64,000 nucleotides of DNA from Eukaryota sp. GEM-RC1 (lineage: Eukaryota), in NCBI GenBank assembly GCA_040285855.1, contig JAUFOQ010000004.1, positions 1,984,001 to 2,048,000 of the forward strand, given 5' to 3'. The notes beneath the pieces were generated by a model. The model saw only the letters and a program-made list of their open reading frames with translations, did not search any database and was not told the origin of the DNA. Position 1 is the first letter of the stretch. The number at the start of each line of letters is the position of its first letter. Below are positions 63,382-64,000 of this stretch, piece by piece. The position numbers and the translations under genes were made by a program.

Positions 63382-64000
63382 TTAGAAACGCATTCTATTC
63401 TTGTGTAGTGATTTTAATGACTGTTGTGTTTGACTGTTGATTGAGTTGTTAGATAGATAGATCACAGTAACAGACGAATTCAACTTTAAAGCTTCAGCAA
63501 TTGCAGTAGCGCCTTCATTACCAATTGAGTTGTTATGTAGATAGATCACAGTAACAGACGAATTCAACTTTAAAGCTTCAGCAATTGCAGTAGCGCCTTC
63601 ATTACCAATTGAGTTGCTAGATAGATCGATCCTAGTAACAGACGAATTCAACTTTAAAGCTTCAGCAATTGCAATAGCGCCTCCAGGACCAATTGAGTTG
63701 TTATGTAGATAGATATCAGAAACAGACGAATTCAGCTTTAAAGCTTCAGCAATTGCAATAGCGCCTTCAGGACCAATTGAGTTGTTATGTAGATAGATCC
63801 TGCTAACAGACGAATTCACCTTTAAAGCTTCAGCAATTGCAATAGCGCCTTCAGGACCAATTGAGTTGTTTCTTAGATCGATCGTAGAAGCCTCATTTCT
63901 CACCATCTGATCATAACAATTCTTCAACTTAGAGCTAAGCTTACTCCAATCAATAACAAGTTTCTTCTCTTCAACTTGCTGGACAGGAGATACATGTTTA
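63382..64000 (-). CDS. LRR cassette 25 (type A, 6 modules, 5' end outside window)
   Basis: Frame stays open to the window edge. Confidence 0.7.
   Translation of the reverse strand, partial: KHVSPVQQVEEKKLVIDWSKLSSKLKNCYDQMVRNEASTIDLRNNSIGPEGAIAIAEALKVNSSVSRIYLHNNSIGPEGAIAIAEALKLNSSVSDIYLHNNSIGPGGAIAIAEALKLNSSVTRIDLSSNSIGNEGATAIAEALKLNSSVTVIYLHNNSIGNEGATAIAEALKLNSSVTVIYLSNNSINSQTQQSLKSLHKNRMRF

Larger units (their letters stand above)
25045..64000 (-). repeat. Tandem array of 25 LRR cassettes (unit length about 0.8-2.8 kb), continuing past the window end
   Basis: Repeated LRR ORF plus conserved spacer, head to tail on the minus strand, interrupted once by the duplicated hAT segment. Confidence 0.97.

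Overview
AT-rich eukaryotic DNA, probably from a protist: it has long intronless ORFs and eukaryotic hAT, MULE, Tc1, Ty3/Gypsy and RLE non-LTR remnants. Bases 1-25 kb are mostly decayed transposons. They also hold a RING-Bbox-Bbox-coiled-coil gene ending in 28-aa ribonuclease-inhibitor/NLRC3-type LRRs (TRIM-LRR, one frameshift in a G6 run), a TRIM pseudogene, two further LRR genes and an LRRCC1-like LRR/coiled-coil gene. From 25 kb to the window end there is a minus-strand tandem array of 25 LRR cassettes. Each cassette is the 3' half of a TRIM-LRR gene plus its 3' flank, without RING or B-boxes. Cassettes carry 2 to 18 interchangeable 84-bp modules with a near-invariant scaffold and a hypervariable xxIxLxx strand, and identical modules recur in different orders in different cassettes. 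Fourteen cassettes have an internal ~105-bp inversion upstream of the LRR Met, and the other eleven have their upstream homology shifted out of frame. My best inference is a recombination-diversified LRR receptor repertoire that may feed an E3-ligase (TRIM-like) sensor. An ordinary birth-and-death array, or partial assembly artefact, cannot be excluded from sequence alone.
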